NCBI GenBank assembly: GCA_964016885.1
Contig: OZ024742.1
Span: forward strand, 59,768,001 to 59,832,000
DNA: 64,000 bases
DNA from: Eledone cirrhosa
Taxonomy: Eukaryota
Direction: 5' to 3'
How positions within the stretch are numbered: position 1 is the stretch's first letter; each line of letters begins with the position of its first letter. This document shows positions 39,290 through 54,312 of the stretch, piece after piece. The position numbers and the translations under genes are program-made. The notes beneath the pieces are model-generated. The model made no database searches and was not told the DNA's origin. It saw nothing but the letters and a program-made list of their open reading frames with translations.

Positions 39290-40320
39290 TATTATATTTA
39301 GAGTATACACTCAAAGAGTCATTTACAATTAATTAGCTCAAAGAAAGAAGCATTTCCGAGCCGTGTAATACAAGTTAATATAAATTAATATATGATAAAC
39401 ACCTAAGTGTTTGTATTGTAAAAGACAAAAGTTGGCTAGAATGAAACAAACTAATTCAAATTAATATAGCCTGCCTGTATCGATTTAAAAAATAATAAAT
39501 CAATATACACAAACTTATATTGTCAAATAGCCGTGGTACCTAGACAAATTTAAATTTCAAAATTCAAACCTTTTCCGCAGATCAATCTGAACCTCAAAAT
39601 CCAAATAATGTTTCGCAAACGATGGTATAAGGGCGAAATAATCAATTTTCTGTGCTTATCAATAGGTACCCAGAAAAATTAAGTTACTCACCTCGAAAAA
39701 AATTCTGAAGGTCTGGTTTACGAGCACAAACGCACGAGGTTTTGCACTCGGTTCTTCCAGCTCACTAGCCTCTCATACTCATGGCGCTAGAAATAACAGC
39801 CGTTTATATGGGATTAAAGATTAGCTCAACCGAGGAAGCAGTAATATATTATATTTAGAGTCATTTACATTTAATTAGCTCAAAGAAAGAAGCATTTCCG
39901 AGCCGTGTAATACAAGTTAATATAAATTAATATATGATAAACACCTAAGTGTTTGTATTGTAAAAGACAAAAGTTAGCTAGAATGAAACAAACTAATTCA
40001 AATTAATATAGCCTGCCTGTATCGATTTAAAAAATAATAAATTAATATACACAAACTTATACTGGCTAACATTATTTGGATTTTGAGGTTCAGATTGATC
40101 TGCGGAAAAGGTTTGAATTTTGAAATTTAAATTTGTCTAGGTATCACGGCTATTTGCAAATATAAGTTTGTGTATATTGATTTATTATTTTTTAAATCGA
40201 TACAGGCAGGCTATATTAATTTGAATTAGTTTGTTTCATTCTAGACAACTTTTGTCTTTTACAATACAAACACTTAGGTGTTTATCATATATTAATTTAT
40301 ATTAACTTGTATAAATACAT
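39290..40320. repeat. Insert made of three copies of one AT-rich segment (two direct, one inverted)
   Basis: A 39316-39612(+), B 39857-40061(+), C 40068-40312(-). Confidence 0.85.
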
Positions 40321-40333
40321 ATATATATATAGT

Positions 40334-40378
40334 CTAACAAAGCTCTTTTGTTGCACATCTGCAACATCATCAGTGGTA
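40334..40378 (-). ncRNA. Degenerate hammerhead in the PLE 3' region
   Basis: acca CTGATGA t gttgca-gatg-tgcaac AAAA gagcTT tgtt (G12 changed to A); same position as 30672 relative to the GIY-YIG ORF. Confidence 0.65.
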
Positions 40379-43331
40379 CTATTATGTTACTCGTGTTATA
40401 TTGTATGTCTACGCCATTTTTTATTTTATCTGTTTATTTATTTATTTATTTTTTGTCGTCTTCTCTGCATATGCGTTTGCGTGTGTGTATAGTGTTTGGT
40501 GTGTGTGTTCGCGTTTGGGTGACTGTGTTTTGGTTATTGTATTCTATCTTAATTTATTAGTGTGTGTTTATATGTGTTTGTTGTTATTGTGCTTGTGTAT
40601 ATATTTATTTATTTATTTATATTTCCCTAAGTCAGTATTGTTTGTTTGGGTGTTTTATTCCTTTCATTTTTTCTGTTTAGCTTTGGCTTTCTAAGCTCTA
40701 TTTAGCTGGCCTCTCTGATTTGCCTATCTGCTGGGTCATTTCTATGTTTAGATATTATTTTAATTTCTATGTTGTCTATGTTACCGTCATATTGTTGTCT
40801 GGCCTGTTCGTATAGTACTAAACCGTTTTTTGTCCTTTTAATTCCCCCAGTGTTGGTCTATTCTTTCTCCTATGATTCGAGCTGTCTCGCCTATGTATGT
40901 TGTTGTCATGTGTATGCAAGTAGCCTCTGAACATCTTATGCTATAGACTACATTTCTAGTTTTTCAGTTTATCTGGGGGTTTACTTTACATATAACACAT
41001 TTCTTATTAGTACAGTGGGTTTTCTTAAAAGGGTATGTTTTGTTGATCAGGAATTTTATGGTAGTTCCTAGCTTTTCTACCACTTTAATCTTTAAATGGG
41101 TCTTTCTCAGGGCCTTTCTATATTGGTTAGCTAATTTTCCCCCAGGGGTAGCGTACACGAACATGACACTCTGGTATCTTTGGTTGTCGTACCATGAGGG
41201 GCCTTCCCTATCTTATGTTTAGTCCTATCTAAGCTATTCCATGATTTGTTCCTGTATAATGGGCAAATTTCTTTCAGTCCAGTTCTAGGAGGGTCTTATA
41301 CTTCTCCGTGGCTCCTTCGTATACTCTGATTCTGTCTCTCTGGTTGTAGTCAGAGAACTGCATGAGGTTGATGAAGAGTTGCATTTGTCTTTTCATTTCT
41401 GTTGGGTCGCACATGCGGGACATGGTTTTCATCACTCGTACCAAGTCTGCGATCAGAATATTAAACTTAGCACTACTGGACATTGCTGAGGTTTTGAGTA
41501 TCAGGTATTTGGAGGCCATGGGTTTAGCGTAGTGTGAAAGGATAATTTGGCCCCTCTCGTCTATAGTGTTAATCCAGAGTTCTGTGTCTAATACAGGTAG
41601 TCTATTGTTAGGGTGTTTGGAAGGGTAGTCAATAGTTACAGTTATACTGGTGTACTGAGTTAGCTATCTGTTGGATGCTTTCCATTGTGCTATATTCTAA
41701 TCATATTCGTTAGTACTCTCTTGTGGGTGTGTCCTTATTACTATATTAATATCGTCTACGTAACGAGTCTATGAAGCTCTCTTCAAGGAGATCTTTGAGT
41801 CTCCTTTTCCACCATACCAGAAAAAAGTTGACAACGTCACCAGCTATGCTGACGCCAATGGCTGCTCCCTCATATTGAGTGTAGATCCTTTCGTTGAATT
41901 TGAATATATGGCCCTTTAGAGAAGTTTTAATAGTAGCCCCTATTGCATGCGCGACCATTTTCCTTACCTTATCATTGTTTTTGGGTGTCCGTATGGTTTT
42001 GATTCACCCAATCCACCTTCCCATGGGACTCTCTTTTTTGCCATTGAGGTTATGGTGGGGGGGGGGTGTCTACCTCTTATGGATCTACTGGGGCATAAAC
42101 GGGTAAGGTCATGGCTGTCTAGGTACTCGGTGTCATAGGTAAGTCTAAGTAGGAGGCCCAGTTCCTCTGTGTCGACGTCGCAGAACTCCACCTCACTCTC
42201 ACTGATCATCTCCACACATTTTTCCACAGCAAAATCAATGTTAATGGATGGGTGTAGTGATACCATATAGTGATGCCTATTGTGCAGTTAGATAGGTTTT
42301 TGTTTTTGTTGCACTCATTGATTCTGCTGAGGAGGTCCTCTGTACTGTCACATACATCTGGGGACACCTTGATTATGGGGCGTATAACCATTGAGAGGAA
42401 GTAGGACATCCTGTAGTTGCTAGCTATATTAGCTCTGCATACAGGTCTTGTTGGTGGTCCTGCTGTCGGGTCGTCGACTGTCTTATGGTCTTTGCAGAAC
42501 CCATACAAGGGTGGTATGTCATTGGTAGACGGCTGGAAGTTGTTGGAAGTGCGTCTGCTTGGATTATGATGTCGGTCCACATTATCATGTGAACGTTGAG
42601 GATATTCTCTCTCCCCTCATGTGTTTGTTGTGTAATTTCGCCCGTGTTGGTGATGTGGGCTTGAATAGCCTTGATATAGTTCGGCATGCTATCTATCGAC
42701 ATCCTACCAGATTTATCTGTGGGTAGACACTCTACCTCACCATCCCTTGTGCGCTGCTTGAGGCTAACCAAGCCTTCTACAGGTTTCCTTCCAAGTTGTT
42801 GGACCTCTGGTCTGCTCTGTCTCTTAATATACCGGTCTACTATTTGTGTAATTTTATTTCTAGCTATGGTGAACTGTGTCTCTGCCTCATCATCTATTTG
42901 CTGCGGTATACAAACCCTTTTATAAAAAGGTAACCTCGTAGGATAAATTTTATTCATCTTATTAGTTTTGTCAGCTGGATTGAATATTTTCTCTAAGGGG
43001 TTCTCATTATATCTATCGTCATAGTTGTGTGTGTTGCTATTATTGTTATTATGGTTGTTGTTGTCCCTACCATTAACATTATTATTATTGTTATGATTGT
43101 TACATGTATTGTTGTTATTTTCTCTATTGTTATTATTGTTGTTACAGTTATTTCTACCATTGTGGTTGTTACTTTTATTATGTTTCTTGTTTTTGTTGTT
43201 GTTGTTGTGTTTTTTTGTTGTTGTGCCTATCATTAATGTTGCTACTCGTATTATTTCCACTATTACTATTGTGGTTGTTACTGTTGTTGTTGTGGTGTCT
43301 GTCGTTAATGTTTCCATTATTATTGTGGTCG

Positions 43332-43434
<103 letters not shown>

Positions 43435-43761
43435 AATAACAAAAGAGTGCTTAGAAATACATTGTTTTATTATATCTGCGTGTCTGGGCACATTGATATG
43501 TTTGTCAACGAAACTATATATATATATATATATATATAAATGGAAGTACGGCATATTCGAAGCTATAGCCTCAGCTAAGCGGATGAATGCTTTCAGCAGT
43601 GCAGCCAAGCACTCGACAAGGTATGGGTCCTCAGAGTAATAACATATAGTTAAAAGGGCTTTGCAACATGAAGACGGCGACCGGTAATTCGCCAATTCAG
43701 CCCGGGGTCCGTACCAACGAAAGAACTGACTCGTGAGAAAGGAATTCAAACACATATCCAT

Positions 43762-43821
<60 letters not shown>

Positions 43822-43915
43822 AGGGGGTGTAACTAGGAGTTACTGCAGGTTCACCCGCGGGAGCACTCAATGTTTATGTTCACTTCTGTGATGGGGTGTA
43901 GAGCTATACAGAGTG

Positions 43916-43999
<84 letters not shown>

Positions 44000-44261
44000 G
44001 TATATATATATGTATATATATATAAAGAATGCATAATACCAGGTAGACATCATAAAAAGGTAATTTATTCTGTGTGAATACAGAAGGATCAGGAACTGAG
44101 TTTCTTCAACTATTCTTTCATAACTCGTTGAGTAACCCCTCACCGTACGTCAACTCTATCCAGTGTAGTAATTAACCATTACTGCATCCAGGATAATCCT
44201 ATACCTATATATATATATACATACACACATATACATATATATACATATAACATATATATAC

Positions 44262-44329
<68 letters not shown>

Positions 44330-44331
44330 TG

Positions 44332-44364
<33 letters not shown>

Positions 44365-44410
44365 TGAGGGAGAGAGGGAGAGAGATTGATGATATATATA
44401 AATGAATATG

Positions 44411-44449
<39 letters not shown>

Positions 44450-44829
44450 TATATATATGTTTGTGTGTGTGTGCGTGTGTGGGTGTGGGTGTGCATTTGT
44501 ATGGGTGCGTGTGTTTATCATTCCTTCTGTGAACCTCAACATTTGATGGCCATTTCAGGCTGACTTCCTATGATACGGTGAATGTTGGGCCGTGTATTGA
44601 AACATCATTTTGCCCCTTCTCGCCCTGCAGGAACTGACATTTCCCAGAAAGGATATACAGAGAGGAACGGAACAAAAACATTGAGAGGAAAATTCAGAGA
44701 AAGAGCGACAGAGAAAGATTCATCTCCGGTAATTTCTTTAAAGATGGAAAAAGACGAAATTCAAAGTCGACCCGGGTGAGTTTTAAACTCAGTGCAGAGG
44801 GAACAATTATTGTAACGCTCTAACTGACT

Positions 44830-45505
44830 TGTCTTCGGTTAAACACTCATCAGACGTACAGACGAGTTCATCAAGCGTATTAGATGCAGAGCCTTCTTCT
44901 TAGTCCACCCTGATGTAGCATCTACCAATAATAAGAAGTTTAGTTTCAAAACGAATAAGGCACCACCCACCTCTTCAAATTGATCAGAGACAATTCGTAC
45001 AATTTCGTAGAGCCAACACACCTTTTAAGGCCTATTTAAAAGTCGAAATGCGGAAAAGGAAACGTTTCCCCAATCTTCATGTCCTCGCTGATACAATCAA
45101 AAGCTTCTTTAGATGTGGACTTACTGACCTATAAGAAGCTGGCAAAAAAGTGCAATCACAACCGATTAGAGAAAGGTGAACGAGATTGCTTTGATTGAGA
45201 CCAATATAGTTGGAAAAGAGATAGAAAAGTCCCTTAAACTAGATGACCAAACTGAATCTTTAAGGTTAAAGACCACAAGAGAAATTCCCTTAACAAACCG
45301 TCGGTTAGACTGATCAACCCCACACGCTCGGACATCGGTTCTATCAGCAAAAAGATCCTTGATAGAGTACTACCATCAATGCATGCAGCCTCACCTCTCC
45401 CACTCTGGACCAGAACCTCTGAGGCAATTTCTTGGTTCCAATAATTTCCCGATAAACACCCGCTTTCCGCATCTGGACATAGAAGGCTACTACGTTTCCA
45501 TCGCT
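44830..45505 (+). pseudogene. Penelope-like RT N-terminal fragment (second clade type)
   Basis: KVKDHKRNSLNKPSVRLINPTRSDIGSISKKILDRV...LDIEGYYVSI. Confidence 0.8.
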
Positions 45506-45814
45506 GATCATATATATATATAATTATATAAGTATATAGAATTATAATTATTAAGGCCAGCTAAGATAACGGCGTCATACCAAGTAAGTACGTTTCGTTA
45601 GTCCTGAGGACCAAATTGTTCATCATGTTGCGATGAAAATGAACCAGTTCATTTTCATTGGCACTGGCTGAATATGTTGGTTCCCACGGTTAACTGAATA
45701 TCGTGCCTGGTACGGTGCCGTAGTATTACCTGGCTTTAAGAATTATATTCAAACTTACTCTAAGCACTTGAGTTGCTCTATACCGCGCATATTTTTGCCC
45801 AACTAATACTACAA

Positions 45815-46141
<327 letters not shown>

Positions 46142-46541
46142 ATATACACATATAGAATATATACAAAATCACTGAGGCGTAGATCCCAGTAAAGTAATTA
46201 AAAAGCACACTTCACAAGCATCTTTCGATAGGGTCACATTCTCAGTCAAGCATTATAAAGCTAGGAGGCTTCTTGAATTTCCCTTACTGCTGTTGCAAAA
46301 CTGAACAATAAGTCTGACCATTCTAATAGATTGATATGGCCATTGTGAACAGAACAGATTTTCCGTAAGGTATAAGAAAAAAAAAAATACTCGTTAAGAG
46401 AAAAGGTATCCATCGCTCATCGAACCAGTATGCTGCAATAACAAATAAAAATAATAATATTGCACGCATGAGTTGATCCACCAACAAGGTAAAAATAGAG
46501 AATCTAAACAGCCACAAGAAATAGCAGCATATATATATATA

Positions 46542-46777
<236 letters not shown>

Positions 46778-46934
46778 ATAATACAAGGACGATTTATTAA
46801 GCCTTCATTACGTTTATTGATTGGTGACGCGTGTTTCGCTATTGTAACGATCTGGGCCGACTCTACTGACTTGTACCTAAACCTCGAGTGCTCACCCGGG
46901 TGAACCTACAGTAACTTCACGTTACATTCCCCTG

Positions 46935-46983
<49 letters not shown>

Positions 46984-47055
46984 TATATAATTATATATAA
47001 TTATATATATATATTTATTCACACAAACACTCACACATACATGTATATATATATG

Positions 47056-47099
<44 letters not shown>

Positions 47100-47423
47100 A
47101 GTGTGTGTGTGAGTGTGTGTGTGATTAACATACGAGGAACGCGCATTTCGTTGTGTTTCACCAACCTTTCAAACTGTCTCGGGAAACTAAAGCGGTGATA
47201 ACTTATGTAAAGGGAGATAAGAGATAGGAGAGGTCCAAACGGAGGATGTAGGCAGATTGTCAAAAGTAATTTACAAAATTAGACACATAGAAAATAAATT
47301 AAGGAAACGAACATAGTGGGGTTAACCATTGCAGCATGGGTCAATATAAAACTCATCTCACGGAATAGAGTTGTTCTATGCCTTGGCTACATATCTACTA
47401 TAGTATGTATATATTTTAACACG

Positions 47424-48052
47424 ATATCTAACTTCCTTCTTCTCGTTTTTTTTCTTCTTTTCTTTTTTCCTTTTTTCTTTGTTTCATTAATGATTCTCGA
47501 TTGTATTTATATTTTGAAAAAATAATTTTTTAAGGTTTCCCCTTAAAAAATTGTTTTGCGTTCGTTGTCTTATCCTCTCTTTGTTATTTTTCTTAAGTTT
47601 ATCAATACCAATGTGAGTGACGAACCTGTTATCCTTACTCCCGCCCTCAATTATTGCAATGGCTTACACATTTTTAACAGGATATCTTACTTTCTTCTTC
47701 TTGCGTTGTTTCTTTTCTTTCTTTGTTTCATTCATGACTCTCGTTATATGAGAGGTACCACACTTTTCTATGATGTCACATAAAATTCTGTGTGTACTTT
47801 TAGCTTAATTGCCATAAATTAATGTTTTTGTCTTTCATCTCTTACTTCACTGGACAGCGTTTGAATTGTGTCAGACGCTGTGATCCCTGGTGGGCCAGCA
47901 GTAACGTTGGTAGGGGTCGGAACTGCGAAAGGTCGGTGACCCTGAAGTTTTGGTATTTTCATTTTTGAAAAATATGTTTTAAAATTTTCCCCTTAAAAAT
48001 ATTTTTTCGTTCGTTGTCTTGCCCTCTCTTTGTTATTTTCCTTAGGTTTATA
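47424..48052 (+). repeat. Partially tandem pLTR-like relic
   Basis: 47505-47602 resembles 47954-48052, and 47424-47495 resembles 47681-47749. A hammerhead-like relic lies at about 47869-47940. Confidence 0.55.
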
Positions 48053-48094
48053 TATATATGAATTGAAATAAGAACGCTCCTGTGCAAATGAAAA

Positions 48095-48280
48095 TAATTG
48101 TTTCTACTTTTGGCACAAGGCCAGCAATTACCTCAGTGCATTACTGGTGCTTTATTTTATCGACCCCGTAAGGATGAAAGGCAAAGTTAACCACAGTGGG
48201 ATTTGAACTCAGATCATAAAGGGCCGTAAGTCTATGTGGCAATGTATAGCGCCTGACACGCTACCGATAATGCCAATCCA
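48095..48280 (-). mobile_element. tRNA-derived SINE
   Basis: Same family as the other copies. Confidence 0.88.
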
Positions 48281-48595
48281 CTAATACTAGTCGATCACAA
48301 TAGGTAATCAGGTAAAGTAGACGTTAAAACGGGGACATTAGGGGCCATGCAAGCAATCGAAGCACGTTCTCAATGATGTTGGCCTTGTTCGTTGACCACT
48401 ACGCCAAACAACCGCTAAACACAATTTCTATCGTTTAAAGCATCTGGCATTCATCCGGACGATGCGGCGTTCTATGCATTGCATGCATCTCTGTCCATAT
48501 GTTGCCGTCACCATAGGTGCTTTAGCCGTTATGTTTTCACATATTATTTGTATCGAGAGATTATTAACATTGTGCACATGTTGTTCGTTGATAGG

Positions 48596-48708
<113 letters not shown>

Positions 48709-48739
48709 GCGCGCGCGCACACACACGCACGCACGCACG

Positions 48740-48773
<34 letters not shown>

Positions 48774-49849
48774 GAGAGATAGAGATAGATATACGCATCC
48801 TTCTGTTTATGTAACTGCATGTACGTGCGTCTCTGCATCTGCTGGGTTATTTATATTAGCTCCCGAAGCAATATAGTTCACCTGAGAGAATTTTATATGC
48901 GTATATATTTGCGTGTTTGTGTTTGTGTTTATGTGTGTATTCGTGTGCGCACGTGTATGTATTTATGCTATAATCATTCTCCCTTTTATATTGTTTAGTG
49001 GTAAAAGGATATCAGCAGAACTACTTTACTTTTGTTTGTGACGTTACTAATTCCCAACACGCACGTGCAACAAGCATTTGGCCCTTTTGTTATTTTCAGC
49101 AAGTAACACTACATTGGATATAGCACATATATATTAAAGGGTGAATGTTATTTACTCTGAATATTCTACCTTTTGAAAAACAATATCTTCCTGATTTTTT
49201 TTATATAAAATATTGTGTGAGCATCCTTGGATTTAGATTCATACGAGATTTGATAAATGGCTCTGGTAGTCCTCTCGAAGTTGCTTTTATTGTTTCCTTC
49301 AGTTTATACTTAAAGCTGAAACACAATATAGTTTTTCACTGATGTTACTAACGTAAAGTGTTTAACCGTATATTTTTAGCCTCTGTTCTTCAGATCTTTC
49401 CGTTCGCATCCCTATATGAATGACGTCTAGTAAAATGATTTTTTATTCCATTTTCAAAGAATGTTGTTTTGACAGTTACTACCATTTTAACAGATACGTC
49501 ATGAAATCTATATTAACATTTGCACATATTTTTTCACGATACAACTGATTTTGTGTTCAAGTTCCTATTTTGTAACCGGAATATTCAGTGTAATTATTTG
49601 AAGTCACATCTACAATTCTAGGCTAGAGCATAACTAAAATTCTCTTGCATTTGTGTTAATAATTATAAAATTGCAATTTTAGAACCTTGTGTTGTGATAG
49701 GTAGATATTTGCATGTAAATGTTTCTCTGTCTTTCACGTGAAAATCCTGGGAACCAATCAAGTTTGTGTTGATTGGTTCACAGGCATGACTTATTAGGTT
49801 TCAAAATCCCTCGCTATTTTCAAACTAACTGCTATATCTCTGTTCCTGC

Positions 49850-51520
49850 ACTAATGTGAAGTAAAATGTCATGCTTTCCTCCCAACAAAATGCGTCTTCA
49901 AAAGCTACCTATCTCATCCAAGATTGATGTGGGTGCTTTGAGGACGCTCATCCAAGATCGATGTGGGTGCTTTGAGGACGCTGGAACTATCTTCAAAACT
50001 TGATTCAGCCATCAACACTGTCCGGATTTCTGATGACATTGAGGTTTCCTAAAGTGCCCAAAGATGTCACCTATACAGCATCCGTATAATACGTCAGATT
50101 TCCTACGTGAAAACAACAGGACTAGTTTGATGAAGGCAGCGCATGTATCTAGAATCTTATCAGCGAGCTGCATAGCCTACACAGGCTTTGGATTAAAAAT
50201 AAAACCTCAAGAACTAAAAAGAAAGCCTATAAAGATTGTAAGCAGCAGGCACAGTCCACAGTTTAAAAAATTAAGGATGACTGGTAGGCAGCTAAAATAG
50301 CTGACCTACAAGACGCAGCTGATAAAAAGGACTCAACTGCCTTTTATAATGGTTTGTGGATGGTGTATGATCCGAGGCTGGGCATATGACATTCGAATCT
50401 ATTCCCTTAATGGTATACACCTATGCACAGACAAAGCTGATATGGAAAGAGCACTTTGAAAAATTCGTAAATGATGCGCCCAATGTAGATAAAGATGTGA
50501 TATCGTCTATTCCGTAAAACCACGAGATATCAGAATTAGCATTCAATCCAAACTTGAATGAAGTACAAGCCGCTATCAAACAACTGTCCTACAATAAATC
50601 TTTTGGTAACGATAGCATCCCACCTAAGATTTTTACGTTGTTTCTGGAAATCCGTTATGTTGAACATGTCCCTTAAGACAAAATAGATGCATCTATAAGT
50701 AATCTCTCCAAGAACAAAGTTAAAATAAACCTATTTGTGACAACTCTCACGTCATCAATATTCTCTGTAATGTTGGAAAATTACTTGCCCGTGTACATCT
50801 ATGTTTGAGGGCATAGATCTGAAGTGCGTGAACACATCTACGTTTTTAGAAAGCAAGCTGAGTCCTTCTGCATTCCTGGATGATGAGATCGTGATCGTAT
50901 CCCCAAAGCAATTGACACTTTGGCAAACTACATAATGTTCTATGGATATCAGAGGAATATCACTGAAAGCCAACGTTGCTGCTTACCGTGCACTGTGCTG
51001 AAAACACTTGTAGACGGCTCAGAGACATGGGCTTTTTATCGCACTCAAACACTGTCTTCTCTCTATCTGTGGTTATGTAATTTCTGACAGAATCTTCAAT
51101 GCCGATCTGCTCATGAGGTGCAACATCATTTCTGATGCATTCCCAACTTAGATGGGCTGGTCATGCTCTAAAGATGTCCGGTGGCCCCACACCTGGGGTA
51201 CTGTTATACAGTGAACTTCATAAATGTAAAGGTAATGTAGGCAGACCAAATATATACCAACTGAAGTACAATCTTAAATCTGTGAACATACCTCTTACGT
51301 CTTCTGAAGCCCTAGGTTCTGATCTTACAAAATGGATGACAAGTAGGTAGGTATTAAAAAATGTTGAAAAACCTCGATTGCTTCGCCTCCGGGATCTAAA
51401 ACCTCCACACTGATCCGCTTAGAACCGTGACATATGCATTAAATGTGACTTGATGTGTAAATCAGCACTGGACTCTTGTGTCCTTTAAGGATAAACCATA
51501 ATAAATGGACTGTTGACCCA
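49850..51520 (+). mobile_element. Highly decayed RTE (BovB-like) LINE
   Basis: AADKKDSTAFYNGL, EVQAAIKQLS.NK..G.DSIP, GSETW..YR, QLRWAGH..KM, LLYSEL...GRP. Confidence 0.75.
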
Positions 51521-51555
51521 CCACACGACGAAATACGACAGGAGAGTACATCATA

Positions 51556-51629
<74 letters not shown>

Positions 51630-51632
<3 letters not shown>

Positions 51633-51827
51633 CGAAGGAAATGTGGTAAGGAACCAGATGGATCATAACGCACCAAAGTACTCAATACTTAGGGTAGTAG
51701 AGTGGGTAATATGAACGAGTAGGACCCCGATGGCTGAGCTCAAGCCGTTTCGACGGCTAATTCTGGACTGAGTCCCGAATTAGCCGTCGAAACGGCTTGA
51801 GCTCAGCCGTCGGGGTCCTACCCGTTC

Positions 51828-51831
<4 letters not shown>
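51630..51831. mobile_element. Fold-back mini-insertion (palindrome 51709-51831 plus a tail of about 80 nt) containing hammerhead 3' halves
   Basis: GAAAC GGCT tgagctc AGCC GTC ggggtcc on the right arm, mirrored on the left arm. (TA)n on both sides. Confidence 0.85.
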
Positions 51832-51873
<42 letters not shown>

Positions 51874-52498
51874 GGGGGGGTGTTCGTTTACATCTAATCC
51901 AATCCAGGTTGGTGGCGATGCAAGGCTATGTAGACACTACTTTATTTTACTGATGTCGATAGTTTTCTCTATGGAACTTTTAAATATTACAATTAGTCAT
52001 CTTGAAATGTCGAGCCAATGCACTCGGACAAAAGACAACCAATAATTATATTTAGTTGTATTGTTATATAGCTGAACTCAACGACCATTTTCTTTATATA
52101 ATTCTGGAATATATTCATAAATAAATGATACATTATTTACATATACATATCGCTTTGTTCCTTTGTTCACCATTCTATACATTTTCTACAATATAGAATC
52201 GACCTCTTTCTAAGCAATTATTTTCAGTGTTAGAATGTTAATATGCGTTGTATATCTCTTACGACTATTCTCGTTCCCTTCAAGCCGATCGCTATTTATT
52301 CATGTCGCATTTCTGCAAGAAACAGCTGACGTTGACACGTTAATTATCTCTATAGTATTATCTTCAGCAGCATATGTAAGCTATTAAATTCAAACAGATA
52401 ATCATCATCACATTCTCGTCGCGATCTATATGACGGATAGACATTAAATGATTTCCCACTTAATTTAATAGAGATAATCAATCTAGGAAACCATTTAT

Positions 52499-52597
<99 letters not shown>

Positions 52598-53254
52598 TAT
52601 ATGTGTGTGTGTGTGTGTTCGGATGTGCGTGACTGAGTGTCTGTCTGTGTGTATGCAGGATAACCGTAGATAAATGGTCGTGTTCAATCTATTGCAAGAG
52701 TGCTTATTTAATATATTTAGAATTTCACACACTTAACAAATGCATACGTACATTGCATTTAATAACCTTGTTTTAGGTAAAGTTTCATTAGATGAGTTAT
52801 CAACGATAATAATGTTCTGCAGTCAGAGTAGTACCATTTTGACTTTAAGGTGTACTTTTGGTGGGTAATTTGGCACTGGTAAATAATTCCTTAAGAAATG
52901 TGGTTGTGATTTACTTTTAATTATCATGTGTTTCTTGAGAGCATTTTTCACTCTTTCTATCATATTTGGATTTAATATTTTTATTTATAATTAGACCACT
53001 CGTGACCCTTAGGGTCACGTTCACATCAAAATATTTTTTAAAATCATGTTTACTTAAAAATATACACAGACATGTATATAATGTCAAGTGAAAGTGGAAG
53101 GCCCATATATATATATATACGTGTGTGCATGTATATATAAATGTGTGTGTATACATATATATGTATGTGTCTGTATATATATATGTATATATGTGGGTGT
53201 CCGATCTATATACACTGGTCATAGAAACACACACACACATATATACACATACTC

Positions 53255-53295
<41 letters not shown>

Positions 53296-54312
53296 ACCAA
53301 CATTCTCCTTCCCTGTCTCCTCTCCCTCTCTCTATGTATCTTTTTCTCTCCCTCTCTGTTTATGAAGGTACCCGGAAAAAACACATATCTCGGGAATCCG
53401 TGGTACGATTTTTGCGAAAATTGTTTTATTCCATTTGTATTCGTATTTCAGGGCCAACTTACTTTCAATGTATTTTCCCATTATACGCCCTTTTGGCTGT
53501 ATTTTATTACAGACAAGCAAGCAATCACAGTCTTAGTAATATATAGATAAAATATTAAGTGTATCAGGGGTATTTCTTAATTCTTGAATGTTTATTGCAT
53601 TTAAACTATCTATTCCATTATTAAGTAATATTTCTCTGCATTGCTTTAGGAGAAATAAACTCACTAGAGCCTAACATAATTTGTCCTAGGTTCGGGATTG
53701 GATAAATGTGTGCATTATTCTTCTTGCAATGGTAACATTTATATTTAGTTATATTTAGTTTCATATGTTATCGGTGGCAGGAAGAAAATAACACATAGTT
53801 TGAGTTTGCTTGTTTGAAGTAGGTTTCTGTTTCATTGTATAATTTGATGTGAAACCGATATGGGATGTTAATAAAATAAACATTTAAGAGCCTAAAATTT
53901 GTTTAACGAACCCACATTAGTTTTCATCTAAAATAATTCCTAGAGACTCTACATAAATTGAACGAAATAAAGAGTAGGAGAGAGCAACAGTGTTTGTTAA
54001 AGTGCTAAGGAGATACCAATACATAACTGGTTCTTTAGTTATCGGGACCTGTCAAGAAAGGTAAAGTTTACCCTGATAGGATTTAAAATTAAATTACCAA
54101 ATCAGATCGCAGAGATAATGGATTTTAATTTAAGCACAACACAGTTGATTTTGTATGGAGGGGAAGACAATTATTTCATTCCCAGGATTTGACAAGTATT
54201 TGATTTTGTACACTCAGGATTGGTGACTGGCAAACGTGACAGTGGTGGGATTTGAAATCAGAACGTACTGAGTCCTATAATATAAAATAACCCGTTCAAT
54301 GGCAGGCTCTAA

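Larger units (their letters stand above)
39122..43330 (-). mobile_element. Near-full-length decayed Penelope-like element (RT plus C-terminal GIY-YIG), related to family A
   Basis: Motifs LPTDKSGR, LYGFCKDHK, PPTRPVC, VSLHPSI, QYEGAAIG, RYVDD (about 41752-41766), DYPSKH..LPVLD, FVYATPGGKL, TRNVVYSIRC and YIGETAR. The 3' terminus matches 30855-30883. An insert of about 1 kb lies in the 3' region. Confidence 0.92.

Noticed and set aside
43570-43640. CTGAGGA...GAAAGC on the minus strand
   Set aside because: Only 2 bp of stem I can form and stem II is poor.
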